From: a virus
Taxonomy: Duplodnaviria > Caudoviricetes
Strand: one strand, 5' to 3'
Virus record (IMG/VR): IMGVR_UViG_3300017754_001974
Span: 1-63,684 of that record
Length of the DNA stretch: 63,684 bases
The stretch's first letter is position 1; the number at the start of each line of letters is the position of its first letter. Position numbers and translations under genes: made by a program. Below are positions 18,778 through 30,800 of the stretch, piece after piece. The notes under the pieces are model-generated. The model was not told where the DNA came from, made no database searches, and saw only the letters and a program-made list of their open reading frames with translations.

Positions 18778-19959
18778 ATGAAAAACTTTGAACAAAAATT
18801 AAGAAAACTAATGGGTTTTAAAAAGTCAGTAGCTTACATGGCTAGTAGACTTAACACAACGGAAGAAAAAGTTAAAGAAGAAATAAAAAAAATTAGACTT
18901 CAAGGTACTAACAAATATGAAGGTATTACTGAAGCCAAAGTTAATCTAGAAAATAAAACAACTGAGTTAAAAGGAATTGCTTTTAGTGAACCTCAAAGCC
19001 CAGAAGAAATAATTGAACTTCTAAAAATTGATACTGATATATGGAAGTTATCTTCATACTGGAATAAACAACAATCTGATCATTGGCTAGTCTCAGCTCT
19101 AGTATCACAAAAGACACTCACACAAGAAAATCTTCTAGTTGAGTGTCTTTCTAACTTTAAGCCAGACTATACTCCACTTAAGAAAAGTGAAATCTTTGTT
19201 AATAATGATGAAGATGATAGTTGTGCAATACTTTCAATTCAGGATTTACATTTTGGTAAAGAAGGAAATGAAGATATTAAATCAAGATTTAAAAAGACAT
19301 TATATAGACTTTTAGCAAACTCACATAATGCTCATAAGTTAAATAAGATTATATATGTTGTAGGAGGTGATTTAATCAACGTAGATACCTTTAATGATAC
19401 AACAACGAGTGGAACACCAGTTGACTCTTCAAAGGGTGCTATAGAGTCTTATTCAGAGGCATTTAATACCATGTACTGGAGTATTAATTTCTTAAAGCAA
19501 TTCTGTACTGAATTACAAGTAGTTTATATTCCAGGTAACCATGATAGATTAAGTTCTTTTCATCTAGCTCATGCATTAGAAAATGCTATTAGAGATGAGA
19601 AAATTATATGGGATTGTGAATACTCTGAAAGAAAGGTTATAACCTTTGGAGTAAATATGTTTGGATTTGAACATGGAGATACTAAAGTTGAACCATTAAT
19701 TTATGCAACTGAGTTTTCTAAGGATTGGGGTAACACTTCTAATAGAGTAATCTTTACAGGACACAAACATATTAAGAGAACAACTACACTTGTAACTGAG
19801 AATGAAGTGAATGGAATATCAATTAAGATACTACCATCATTATCTAATACAGATTACTGGCATTATCATAATAAATATACGGGTTCTAAAAGAGCTGCTG
19901 TTATGGAAATCTATTCTGAAACTGAAGGAAAAGTTGCAGAATATAACGTAACATTTTAA
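18778..19959 (+). CDS. Calcineurin-like metallophosphoesterase (Mre11/SbcD-like) with N-terminal HTH-like segment
   Basis: Complete motif set QDLHFG, GGDL, PGNHD, EHGD, TGHKH. Confidence 0.88.
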   Translation: MKNFEQKLRKLMGFKKSVAYMASRLNTTEEKVKEEIKKIRLQGTNKYEGITEAKVNLENKTTELKGIAFSEPQSPEEIIELLKIDTDIWKLSSYWNKQQSDHWLVSALVSQKTLTQENLLVECLSNFKPDYTPLKKSEIFVNNDEDDSCAILSIQDLHFGKEGNEDIKSRFKKTLYRLLANSHNAHKLNKIIYVVGGDLINVDTFNDTTTSGTPVDSSKGAIESYSEAFNTMYWSINFLKQFCTELQVVYIPGNHDRLSSFHLAHALENAIRDEKIIWDCEYSERKVITFGVNMFGFEHGDTKVEPLIYATEFSKDWGNTSNRVIFTGHKHIKRTTTLVTENEVNGISIKILPSLSNTDYWHYHNKYTGSKRAAVMEIYSETEGKVAEYNVTF

Positions 19960-19987
19960 TATATCCTTCTTTTTTAGTAGATTATAT

Positions 19988-20569
19988 ATGAGATACTATA
20001 GTAAACCTGATTTAAACGCACCTAGACATAGACCTAAGAGATATCTAATTTTAAATGAGGACTTTGTAAAAAGGATACATGAAAAGTTTCCAAAGACAAA
20101 ACATTTAAAGTTGGGTGATCTTAAGAATATAATAGGAAAGTTTAATGATAAGATATGGCAGACAGTAATTGATAATAGAGATGGTGTTGAATTACCAAAC
20201 AATCTAGGTTATCTTTTTATTGGTGTATGTCAGAGACCTACAAAGTATAACAAAAATTATATTAACTCAGAAGAATATAAAACAGATATACGACATAGAA
20301 ATTATGAAACAGATGAGAAACTAGCCAAAATCTTTTATAGTAATTATTCTAAAAAATATTTATTTAAGAATAGGGATCTATGGGAGTTTAAAGGTTATAG
20401 GAGTTTTACTAGAAAAGTATCAGAAACTTTTTCAGAGAATTGGAAAAGATATGTTGAGGTAGATAAAAATTCTTATATATCTAAAATTCTAAAAAGAGAA
20501 AAAGCTAAAGATTATGCTAAGAAATATCTTGTTTTACCAGATGATTATAATGAATTTAATTTAGAATAA
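19988..20569 (+). CDS. IHF/HU-like DNA-binding protein (crAss-type)
   Basis: Basic 193 aa; helical start then GVELPNNLGYLFI, an HU/IHF-like beta arm; adjacent to ring genes as in crAss-like phages. Confidence 0.6.
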   Translation: MRYYSKPDLNAPRHRPKRYLILNEDFVKRIHEKFPKTKHLKLGDLKNIIGKFNDKIWQTVIDNRDGVELPNNLGYLFIGVCQRPTKYNKNYINSEEYKTDIRHRNYETDEKLAKIFYSNYSKKYLFKNRDLWEFKGYRSFTRKVSETFSENWKRYVEVDKNSYISKILKREKAKDYAKKYLVLPDDYNEFNLE

Positions 20570-20570
20570 A

Positions 20571-21245
20571 ATGGCAATCATAAGAGATACAGTATCAAGA
20601 GTAAGAACACTAATAAAAGCTAATACAGAAGATGCTTTTGTTACAGATAGATTTATCTACTCTGAGGTAGCAAAGTATGCTCATATGTTTATCAAAAGAG
20701 ATAATGTAGCAAATACTATCATTAACTTTAATACAATCATTAAAACTCTTCCTTGTGTTGAATTAATAGAAGTAGATAAAGTAAGCGATACTTGTTGTGC
20801 TACTATTAGAAGTGGATGCAAAATTAAAAGAACAAAAGATAAAATTCCACATGTAGTAGAATGTAGATATGGGCCAATCTTCAGATCGGTAACAACATTG
20901 GATAATTCTAATGATTTTACATTAACTACTCCTAATACATTTAATTCTATTACTGGAACTACAACTTATAAATATAATAAGACATTCTACTTCTGGTATA
21001 TAAACGGATACTTATATTTTCCAAATGTAGATTTTGACTATGTTAAAATAGAAGGAATCTTTGAAGATTCAATTGATCCATTTGTTTGTGATAAAGAACT
21101 TAAATGTATCTATAGACAAGATGATGATTTATTTATACCAGATTATTTATTACCTGAAATTGAGCAACTTGTGATTAAAGACTTAATTATGAGAATTCAA
21201 GTTCCAGCAGAAACATCCGATGATAAACAAAATATAAATAGATAA
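20571..21245 (+). CDS. Neck ring / tail tubular protein
   Basis: TDRFIY, LPCVELI, WYINGYLYFPN, IEGIFED; located upstream of the muzzle gene. Confidence 0.7.
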   Translation: MAIIRDTVSRVRTLIKANTEDAFVTDRFIYSEVAKYAHMFIKRDNVANTIINFNTIIKTLPCVELIEVDKVSDTCCATIRSGCKIKRTKDKIPHVVECRYGPIFRSVTTLDNSNDFTLTTPNTFNSITGTTTYKYNKTFYFWYINGYLYFPNVDFDYVKIEGIFEDSIDPFVCDKELKCIYRQDDDLFIPDYLLPEIEQLVIKDLIMRIQVPAETSDDKQNINR

Positions 21246-22111
21246 TGAGCAGCCTATATAATTATACTCTTAAGTATAGAACATTCAATGAATTGTTAAA
21301 CGAGATGTATGTTGAGTTTCAGAGTCCATCAATGGATAAAACTATTGAACCTCAACATCTTATCAAAGTTGCAATGAGAGTTAATTATGATCTTGGACTA
21401 AGAGTCCAAAGAACACGAGAAACTGTATTAGATATTAATAATAGTAAAGCTAAACTACCTCTTAATTTTAGTACTTTAAACTTTGCTTTACTATGTGGAA
21501 GTTATACTGTAACTACTCCAGTTATCCAGGGTACTCAATCTGAAGATATTATTGTTAATCAAGGCAACTGTGGAAATGAAACAGATTGTAATGCTCCATA
21601 TACTTGTTTAAATGATTGTGGTGGTTATGTACAATTAATTCAACACTTTAAAACAGAGACTAGAACTTATAGTCAAAACTTTCCTTTAAGACTAAGTGAA
21701 TCTAAAGAAGTCTCTTGCTCATGTCCTAATGTAAAAGTACATGCATCTAATACTGGTTATATACGTGATGGTTTTCTTTTTGTAGATTTTGAAGTAGGTA
21801 GTGTATATATCAATTATCAATCTACAATGGAAGATGATGATGGTAATTTATTAGTTCCAGATCATCCTCTTTTAAATGAGTATTATGAATATGCTTTAAA
21901 ACAAAGACTTGTTGAAAATAGAGTTTTGTTAGGAGATAAAGAATCAGTTGGTGTTCTACAACTATTAGAACAAAGATTAAGAGCATCTAGAAATAACGCA
22001 TTATCATTTGTTAATACTCCAAACTTTGCAGAACTTAAAAAGATCTGGGAAATGAATAGAGCTACAATGTATGATAAATATTATAATATGTTTAAATCAT
22101 ACAGACAATGA
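21245..22111 (+). CDS. Neck ring / tail tubular protein
   Basis: KAKLP.NF, GSVYINY...DDDGNLLVPD, YYEYAL resemble crAss ring proteins; TAATG-coupled. Confidence 0.7.
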   Translation: MSSLYNYTLKYRTFNELLNEMYVEFQSPSMDKTIEPQHLIKVAMRVNYDLGLRVQRTRETVLDINNSKAKLPLNFSTLNFALLCGSYTVTTPVIQGTQSEDIIVNQGNCGNETDCNAPYTCLNDCGGYVQLIQHFKTETRTYSQNFPLRLSESKEVSCSCPNVKVHASNTGYIRDGFLFVDFEVGSVYINYQSTMEDDDGNLLVPDHPLLNEYYEYALKQRLVENRVLLGDKESVGVLQLLEQRLRASRNNALSFVNTPNFAELKKIWEMNRATMYDKYYNMFKSYRQ

Positions 22112-22470
22112 GTTTCTCAAAAAGCTATAAAATAGATTTATATTCTTGCAAGTTTACAGTTATTGTAACAGATAACATGTTTAATGAAGAAAAAAAAATC
22201 TATAATAAATATGATGAAGAACATGATGACTATTCCGATATAGATGGTTTAAGTATATGTTTTTCTCATGATGATTATTATATATTATTTAAAGAGGGTA
22301 TTATAACACATAATCTTATTGCTCATGAACTATATCATCTTGTATGTAGTATGATGGATCATAGAATGATTGATGATGAAGAAGCAAGAGCATGGTTAGT
22401 AGGTTATGTTACATCTCTAGTTTATCAAACATTTGATAAAGCAAAAATTTTAATAGGACATGGCCACTAA
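22108..22470 (+). CDS. Small zincin-type metallopeptidase-like protein
   Basis: LIAHELYH (HExxH) with downstream DEEARAWLVG. Confidence 0.75.
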   Translation: MSFSKSYKIDLYSCKFTVIVTDNMFNEEKKIYNKYDEEHDDYSDIDGLSICFSHDDYYILFKEGIITHNLIAHELYHLVCSMMDHRMIDDEEARAWLVGYVTSLVYQTFDKAKILIGHGH

Positions 22471-25400
22471 AAAAAATGATGCTGGAGCATCTCAACAAAG
22501 TAGTTCAGGTGATGGTTCATTAAATACCTTTAATACAGGTATGATGATGGACATTGATGATATTGTTGTACCACAGGGTGTATGGTTAAAAGCTAGAAAT
22601 GCTATTAATAATTCTGATAAAGGTCATCTTGGTGTTTTAGGTAATGAACCATCTAATGTTTTATGCCAAACACTACGTGATAATATGATCATCATTGGTA
22701 TGATATATTTAACAGATGGTGTATGGTCAGTTTTTTCAACTAATAATATTGATTCAGAAATAGGAACTTATACTGAAGACTCTTGTTCTTATTTTAGACT
22801 TTTTCGTGATACTCAAGGTTGTTTAAATTTTAAAACAACTAATTTAGTTAAAGGTGTATCTAAAGAAAACTTTGATTGTACAAGACAATTATATTGGGAT
22901 GATGGTTTAAATCCATCAAGAACACTTGCCTTAACTAAAGACTTTTCAGATATTGTTGATGAGTATTTTATAAATAATAGAATACGTACAATAACAACTC
23001 CAGGTACTAGTTTTGGAAATTCATTTACACCTGGAGGTACTACTGTAAATCCAAATCAAGTATATCCACAAAATGTACAACCAAGTATTCCGACTATAGG
23101 AACTGTTATACCATTCAGTCTTCCAGATCAATATCAATTTACATGGTATTTTGGTGGTGGAATGGCATTTAGAGCTTCATATAAACTTGGAGGACCAACA
23201 ACATGTGGAGGTAATCAAGGTTATATACATACTTCAGCATATAGAGAACAAATGGATAATCCATTTGATAAATGGCAAGTTAGTATTGACCAAGTTAATT
23301 GGTCTACTCCTCAACAAGTTGGAAATATTCCATTTCCAAATACTTTCAATGATGTTCAGTTTAATAATTTAACTGCTGGAACTTATAATATATATTTTAG
23401 AAAATTTCCACAAATAAATGTTGTAAGAACACAAACAATAACATTATATGATCCTGTTGAATGTAGTAATGCTGAAGCTGCTGGTCAATATTCTGCATTA
23501 CTTGGAGACTCTACAGAATTTTGTGAGATAGATAATTATGATGATACTAAATTAGATTGTGATAAAATAAGATTAGCAACATTAGTTAATGCTCCATGTG
23601 TAAGACTTAGAAAAAGTAATTTTGCAGGAAGTATTGCTAATGGCTCATATCAAGTATTTATAGCATATACAATTAATGATCAAAGAGTTACAGATTACAT
23701 TGGTGTAAGTAATGTTCAATCATTATTTACTCATGAAAATGTAAACAGTTCATTAGAAATTGTAATTAGTTCTATAGATGAAAGATTTGACGAATTTGAA
23801 TTGGTTATAGTTAATTTCTTTAATCAACAGACTGTAGCTAAAAAACTAGGTATATATAGTACTGCAACTGGTACAATTACAATAGATTATATTAATAGTG
23901 AATTAATTACAGTTCCAATTACTCAATTACCAATTACATCAACAGTGTATGAGAAATCAGAAGCGATGTATAAAAATGGTGATTATCTATTAAGAGTGTC
24001 TCCAACTGGATACTTAGATTTTAATTATCAACCAAGAGCTAATCAAATTACTACTAAATGGTTTGCTACAGCATATCCTGAAGACTATTATTCTAAAGGT
24101 GGTAATAAAACCACATATCTTAGAGACGAGGTATATACATTTTTTATTAGATGGGTATATGATACTGGATATAAATCTCCATCATTTCATATTCCAGGTA
24201 GAGATAAAACAACATATGATGCAAGTACTACAGGTATAGATCATTCTAATAGTCAAGTTGATACTTCGGAAAATTCTTTAGAACTATGGAAAATTAAAAA
24301 TACAGCTTCTAAAACACTACCACTTGGTCCAATAGATTATAATACAGCATTACCAAATTCAGAACAAGGAGATGGTGGTATTGTTGTAGCTGAAGGTTTA
24401 ATGGGTTACTGGGAATCAACTGAATTATATCCTAATGATAAAGAAGAAATTTGGGGTGATAATTGTGGTAGAAGAATTAGACATCATAAATTTCCTGATG
24501 TAGATGTTATTCCACATTTTCATGGGGATAATACTGATCTTACTTTAATAGGAGATACTAGTCAAAGTAACTATTGTAATGTATCTAGTCATACTAGACC
24601 AAATACATTTGCTTTTACAAAAGGTTCAAATTATAAAATTATAATTCTAGGTGCTAAATTTGATAATATATTACCACCAGTTGATGAATTTGGAAATAGA
24701 ATTCCTGGAATCATTGGTTATGAGATATTAAGAGGTACAAGAGAAAATAATAGAACTATTATAGCAAAAGGTGTAGTTAGTAATTTAAGAGAATATGACT
24801 ATCCTGAATTTAGTAGTACTTCAAATAAAAAGAAAGGTTTATTTTTAAATTATCCATTTAATGATTTAAGAGATGATGAATTACTTGCAACTTCAAAAGT
24901 TGATGGTGGTTGTAGACCTTCTTGTGATATAAGCAGACATCAACCATTAAGAATATTTAATAAAACAAATATTGCTTTTCATTCACCAGATACAAATTTC
25001 GGAAATCCATTTTTAGATGTTGATGAAATTAAATATACAGCTGAACTTAATGGAGTTGCTGAAGGTAAATTTACACAAGTAAATAAACATCCTAGACATG
25101 CTTTACCTAATGATGCAGCCTTGATTGTAGCAGGAATATTTGGATTTATTACAGCAATGAATTACACTTTTTTTAGTGGATTTTGGTCAGGAACTCCTGA
25201 ATTTCGTACAGAAGTTGGAGGTAATGTTTTAGGAGTAGCTAATAAACCACCTATTGATGATTTACCTGGTCCATTTGATAGACTAGTTAGTATTATATTA
25301 AAACCAGTAGCATTTGTTTATTATACAGTACAAGTTACTCAAGGTTATTTAGATGCAATGATGGCATTAATGTCTACAAGACAATATGCACTTCAACATA

Positions 25401-27856
25401 AAGCACATTGTTTTTATTCAAGTTTAAGAGTAATTACACCATCTAGACAAAATGTAATTAAATCAGCATATATAAAAGATGTAAGACAAACAATAGATGA
25501 TGTTTATACTATAAATAATATTTACAGAACTAATTTTGTTTGGTTAAATACTTCAAAAGGATATATACCACCTGTACTTCAAGATACTAGTAGATATTCA
25601 GTATATAAAGTTTTAGGAAGAAATGGTATAACTATTTCAGATCCTACAAATAGAATAGTATCAACTACTTCTTCTTGTATGTATGCTACATTAAAATTAA
25701 AAATTAGAAATCTATATGGTCAATTAAATTCTATTAGACAATTACCAGTAAGTAATTGTTTATATTCTATACCGAAATTTACTAGTCCAGATTTATATGT
25801 AGATGGTACAGGATATACTGTATACGGAGGAGATAATTATATAGGAAGATATACTGAAAAAAATACCTTTTTCTTTTTCTACGAATGGTTAATGGATCAA
25901 CCAGATGAAATTGAATTTGACTATAGAAAATATGTAATGATCCCATATCCTAGATATTGGATTAATACAGAAAAATATGATACAAGTAAAATATTAGATA
26001 ATTTACTTCCAGATTTTGGATGTAATGGTAGTGATGCTGATGATACTCAAGATGGTAATCTTCGTGCACTTAAAGATACTTATCAAAATAGATTTCCTAG
26101 TGATAGTGCTTCCTTAACAAGGAGTCAATGTGGAGTATTTAGTCTTAAAACTTTACGTTGTTCAAGTTCTAAGGATGATGCTTTATTTAGAATAGATGGA
26201 TGGTTCTATTTATTTTATAGCGGTGTTAAAGATTTCTTTGTTGAATCTGAAGTTAATTTAGCTCAAAGAGACTATGATGAAGTTCCTGAAAAAAGATTCT
26301 ATGATAAGAATTCATACACAGATCTTGATCAAATGTTTGATAGTAGTATAATTAAAAAATCTAACTATTATAAATATGATAAATCATTAAGTATTGCTAA
26401 GTATGCTAACATATTTCCATCTTGGAGTTCAATGCAACCAAGAAGTTATAATCCAGCAATTGCTGCAAGTTGTTATCAAAACTATCCAAAAAGAGTAATA
26501 TATTCTTTACCTAGTTCTAAAGAACAAAAGAAAGATTATTGGAAAATATTCTTAGCATTTAATTATAAAGATTTCAATTCAACAGTAACATCTATTTCTC
26601 CTATTAGTAAGAATGGAGCAATGATACATTTTAAGGATATTAGTCCTACACAATTTATCGGAGTTGATACTTTACAAACTGATATAGGAACAAAGATTAC
26701 TATTGGAGATGGTGGATTATTTCAACAACCATTACAGAATATAGTTAATACTGATGCTCCATATGAATATGGTTCATGTCAAGATAGAATGTCTATTATC
26801 AATACTCCATTTGGTTTATTCTGGATAAGTCAAGATCAAGGTAAGATATTCCAATATGGTGGTCAGATAAAAGAGATTTCTGCAAAAGGGATGAGATGGT
26901 GGTTTGCTAGATATTTGAAATATGAGTTAATAACAGTATTTCCTAATTTTCCAATTTTACAAAATCCTGTAGCTGGAGTTGGTTGTCAAGCAATCTATGA
27001 TAATAAGAATCAGATAATCTATTTTTCTAAAAGAGACTATAAACCACTTAGTCCAAATATAGTTTATAATGCTAGTACTAATAAGTTTACATTAAGTACA
27101 ACAGGTCTTATAATATCATTAACTGATCCTAGATATTTTGAAGATGCATCTTGGACTATATCATATGATCCTAAAACTGAAGCATGGATCTCATTTCATG
27201 ACTGGCATCCTAATTTTATGATACCAGAAAGAAATACTTTTACAACTGTTTTAGGAAGTAGTTTCTGGAAACATAATAATACTTGTACAAGTTATTGTAA
27301 TTTTTATGGGGTAAATTATCCATTTGAAATTGAAACAATAATTAATACTGGACAGACTGTAACTACTACAAGAAGTGTTGAGTATATGATGGAAGCATAT
27401 AGATATGCTGAGAATTGTTTTGATGGACACCATCTATTAGATTACAATTTTGATGAGATGATAGTATATAACTCTGAGCAAATTTCTGGATTATTAAGGT
27501 TAAATCTAAATAGTAAAAATAATCCTATTGGTAATTTGCAATATCCAATTGTAAATAATGGTGTAATAGATGTACTATATAGTAAAGAAGAAAATAAGTA
27601 TAGAGTAAATCAATTTTATGATATAACTTTGGATAGAGGTGAGTATACAGGTAATACAAATATTGTATGGAATACTAGTGCTAATGGTTATATTAAAAAT
27701 TTAAATCAAGCATCTTTAAACTATAGTAAAGATCCATTAGAACATAAAAAATTCAGACACTATTCAAATAAAGTATTATTCAGAAAGAATATAAATAACA
27801 ATATCAAAATGTTATTTAAAATATTCAATGTTAAACAGCAGATATCAATCCGATGA
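22460..27856 (+). CDS. Tail stabilisation / muzzle protein (P22 gp10-like, crAss-type)
   Basis: 1798 aa; NTFNTGMMMD N-terminus, LYWDDGLNP, YLRDEVY.F.I, IRHHKFP, GGDNYIGR, WTISY....AWISFHDW.P, typical of crAss-like stabilisation proteins. Confidence 0.82.
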   Translation: MATKKNDAGASQQSSSGDGSLNTFNTGMMMDIDDIVVPQGVWLKARNAINNSDKGHLGVLGNEPSNVLCQTLRDNMIIIGMIYLTDGVWSVFSTNNIDSEIGTYTEDSCSYFRLFRDTQGCLNFKTTNLVKGVSKENFDCTRQLYWDDGLNPSRTLALTKDFSDIVDEYFINNRIRTITTPGTSFGNSFTPGGTTVNPNQVYPQNVQPSIPTIGTVIPFSLPDQYQFTWYFGGGMAFRASYKLGGPTTCGGNQGYIHTSAYREQMDNPFDKWQVSIDQVNWSTPQQVGNIPFPNTFNDVQFNNLTAGTYNIYFRKFPQINVVRTQTITLYDPVECSNAEAAGQYSALLGDSTEFCEIDNYDDTKLDCDKIRLATLVNAPCVRLRKSNFAGSIANGSYQVFIAYTINDQRVTDYIGVSNVQSLFTHENVNSSLEIVISSIDERFDEFELVIVNFFNQQTVAKKLGIYSTATGTITIDYINSELITVPITQLPITSTVYEKSEAMYKNGDYLLRVSPTGYLDFNYQPRANQITTKWFATAYPEDYYSKGGNKTTYLRDEVYTFFIRWVYDTGYKSPSFHIPGRDKTTYDASTTGIDHSNSQVDTSENSLELWKIKNTASKTLPLGPIDYNTALPNSEQGDGGIVVAEGLMGYWESTELYPNDKEEIWGDNCGRRIRHHKFPDVDVIPHFHGDNTDLTLIGDTSQSNYCNVSSHTRPNTFAFTKGSNYKIIILGAKFDNILPPVDEFGNRIPGIIGYEILRGTRENNRTIIAKGVVSNLREYDYPEFSSTSNKKKGLFLNYPFNDLRDDELLATSKVDGGCRPSCDISRHQPLRIFNKTNIAFHSPDTNFGNPFLDVDEIKYTAELNGVAEGKFTQVNKHPRHALPNDAALIVAGIFGFITAMNYTFFSGFWSGTPEFRTEVGGNVLGVANKPPIDDLPGPFDRLVSIILKPVAFVYYTVQVTQGYLDAMMALMSTRQYALQHKAHCFYSSLRVITPSRQNVIKSAYIKDVRQTIDDVYTINNIYRTNFVWLNTSKGYIPPVLQDTSRYSVYKVLGRNGITISDPTNRIVSTTSSCMYATLKLKIRNLYGQLNSIRQLPVSNCLYSIPKFTSPDLYVDGTGYTVYGGDNYIGRYTEKNTFFFFYEWLMDQPDEIEFDYRKYVMIPYPRYWINTEKYDTSKILDNLLPDFGCNGSDADDTQDGNLRALKDTYQNRFPSDSASLTRSQCGVFSLKTLRCSSSKDDALFRIDGWFYLFYSGVKDFFVESEVNLAQRDYDEVPEKRFYDKNSYTDLDQMFDSSIIKKSNYYKYDKSLSIAKYANIFPSWSSMQPRSYNPAIAASCYQNYPKRVIYSLPSSKEQKKDYWKIFLAFNYKDFNSTVTSISPISKNGAMIHFKDISPTQFIGVDTLQTDIGTKITIGDGGLFQQPLQNIVNTDAPYEYGSCQDRMSIINTPFGLFWISQDQGKIFQYGGQIKEISAKGMRWWFARYLKYELITVFPNFPILQNPVAGVGCQAIYDNKNQIIYFSKRDYKPLSPNIVYNASTNKFTLSTTGLIISLTDPRYFEDASWTISYDPKTEAWISFHDWHPNFMIPERNTFTTVLGSSFWKHNNTCTSYCNFYGVNYPFEIETIINTGQTVTTTRSVEYMMEAYRYAENCFDGHHLLDYNFDEMIVYNSEQISGLLRLNLNSKNNPIGNLQYPIVNNGVIDVLYSKEENKYRVNQFYDITLDRGEYTGNTNIVWNTSANGYIKNLNQASLNYSKDPLEHKKFRHYSNKVLFRKNINNNIKMLFKIFNVKQQISIR

Positions 27857-30800
27857 GCAAACTAGAAAAATTCATAGTAGATCCAAAAGGACAATATAAT
27901 CATCCAGGAAAAAAAACAAAAATACCTAATGCGGATGGTAGCATTACAATGAAAGGGGTACCTTATCCTGTATTAGGTATAGATGATGAGGGTAATCAAC
28001 AAATGATGTATCCTAATAGAGACTATCAATTTCCTGGAAATAGTGTCTATGAAATTCCTATGGCTCAATTTGGTTTTGAGAAAAAAGAGAAGGAAGATCC
28101 TAATAAATTATACCAAGAATATCTAAAGTTACAAGATGAAGTTAATCGAATACAAGAAAATGAAGATAGTTATGAAAGTAGATTAAATGCTGCTTTAATA
28201 CCTATGGTTGGAAAAGATGTTAAAACTTCAGGATTTGTACCTGATAATATAGTAAATTGGAAAGATCCTATTACAGGACATGAAGCTGCTTTTTGTATAT
28301 CTGGAGTATGTTATGCATTAACTGAATTTGGAGAACCCATTAAATATTTTGATAATGTAGAAATTCAAGATGATGTTGTGGCTGGAAAAGTTAAAGGTAG
28401 ATATTTAGATCAAAGTGAAAAAGGACTTAAATCTGGAGATATATTACAATTTAAAAGAACCTCATTAAGAGGTGAAGATAAAGGTGGTCCTTTTCATGCA
28501 TATTTAGTTACAACAGTTCATCCACCTGATAAAGATGGTTATAGAAAAGTAGATGTTTTTGGAAATAGTGGGGGTGGTGTTCAAGGATTTGATTCATATT
28601 TTTTAGGACCAGATAATAAAATTCAAGGACACGATACACAAGTTATTAAAAGAGAAATTGATCCTGAGTTACATAGTAGTATTATTAAAAGAAATAAATT
28701 AAAAGAATCTATAGAAAAAGATTATCCTAATATTTTTAAAAAATTAGATGTAGATACAGACACTTTTAAAGCAACAGCCTTTGTAAAACGTGATAATCTA
28801 TATAATTATATAAGTGAATCTGGTGATCATGATGAATTTATTAATCTTAAAGAATCTAAGATAGATGAGATTTTAACTCAGTTTTCAAATCCAGATTTTA
28901 AGAAGAATTTTATGAAGCAACAACAAGTCAGTAATGATGAGTATGATGCTATTGTAAAAAATGTAATAGGTATATATGGTGCAGAATCAAAATTTGGAAC
29001 TGGATATAAAAGAGAACCTTTATGGTTACAAAAGAAATTTGGTTCATTAACAGACTCTATTGGTCCATTTCAAATTAATCCTAAACAATTACAAACTGAT
29101 AGATTTGATAGAAAAGATTTCTTTGATCCAGTAATAGGATCTGAAATAGCTGCAACATTTCTTGCTGAGAATTTACCATTACTTAGAAGTAGAGCTAAAG
29201 CACAACCTGGAGATAAACATTATAGTGAGAATTTAAATCAAGATAACTATTTAGATTTTATTCCATACTTAATGAATCAACAAGCTTTGTTAAAAGGTGA
29301 TGCGTATACTAAAGAAACACATCCTGGAAGATTAGCAAGATTTTTTGGAGTAGAACCAAAACCTACACCAGAAAATAAATTAGTTGGTGATTCAGAATAT
29401 AACTTAAGAGTAAAAGATTATGCTAAAAAGATTGGTTTAGATATTGTTCCAGCTAGTACTGATGTATTTGAAACACCTGAAGAACAAGAGGAATATTATA
29501 ATTTCTGGCCTAAATATCAAGATGGTGGTGCATTTAATCCAGACACAGATGAGTTTATAGGATATGCAGATGAATTACCTAAAGATGAAGTAGAAGAAGA
29601 AATTGAATATAGTCCATCTAGAGTAATACTTAGAGAACTAGGTAATATTAGAAGATATGATAGTAAAAAAGAAGGTATTATAAAAGAACCATATAAGAAC
29701 TCACATGAGGTTTATATGGATAAAAAAGGTTGGAGAAATGTTTCACCTGAAGAATATCAATTATTATTAAAACAGTATCCTGGTGCAGATAAGTCACCTG
29801 GTTGGATTAGACCAATTAAAAAAGCACAAGATGGATTACAGACTGGTGAGAAATTTGTGGAAATGGATATTCCAAGTCATAGGTATTATCCAGATTTATC
29901 AGAAGGTGAAACTTTTATAAAAGATGCTAGAGTTTGGAATCCTGTAACAAATGCTAAAATAGTACCTACACGTGATTTAAAAGGTGGTCATTATTCTAAT
30001 AATGTTATTAGACGTATAGTGGAAGCAGCATATAGAAATGATATGCTACCTCATACTTATACAGGAATGTCTATGGCATTACAAGAAACTAATTTAGGTA
30101 AAACAGATCCTAATCTTGGACATGTTATAGATGTTAAACCATATTCAAATCCAACACCAGAAGATGATTTATTTAGAGCTTTAAAAGAAAAATATAAAGA
30201 AGCAGATAGACTAGGATATAAAAATGATCCATTACAAAGATTACAAACATATAATGGAAACTATTTAACTAGAGATACTGAAAAAGAATATCATAAGGGT
30301 CAGTCTCAAGCATTTTATGGAGTACCTGTTCCTGAAGAAGGAATTAATTTAAGAAAAAATCCATTGTATGCAAAGAAAATATTTAATTTAAGAGATAGTG
30401 TTTTATTACAAAATCCTGAACTAATTAATTTTGTAAATAAAGCAACTAATGAATATGCTGATAAGTATAGTATTGAACAAGCACAAAAAGCTGCTAGAAA
30501 TGTTGACTTTACAGATATGAATCAAGTAATGTCTGCTATGGCTAAATTTGCTAAAACTAATCCTAGAGAATATAAAAGATTACAACAAAAATATTTAAAG
30601 AGTAATAAAAAACAAACAGGAGGAACATTCAATCCTGATACTGATGAATTCATTGGATATAGTGATGAATTAGATACTTATCAAAAAGGTGGAAATAATA
30701 ATCTTGAAAAAACACTTGCTGATTTAAGAAGACAATCAGCAAAGCCTGTTGGTAGTTTTTCTGACTGGAAAACACAATCAGCAAAACCTGCTAGTACATT

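Noticed and set aside
5993-23372. Nested + strand ORFs 5993-6178 and 23151-23372
   Set aside because: Short alternative-frame ORFs inside the MCP and muzzle genes with no supporting signals.
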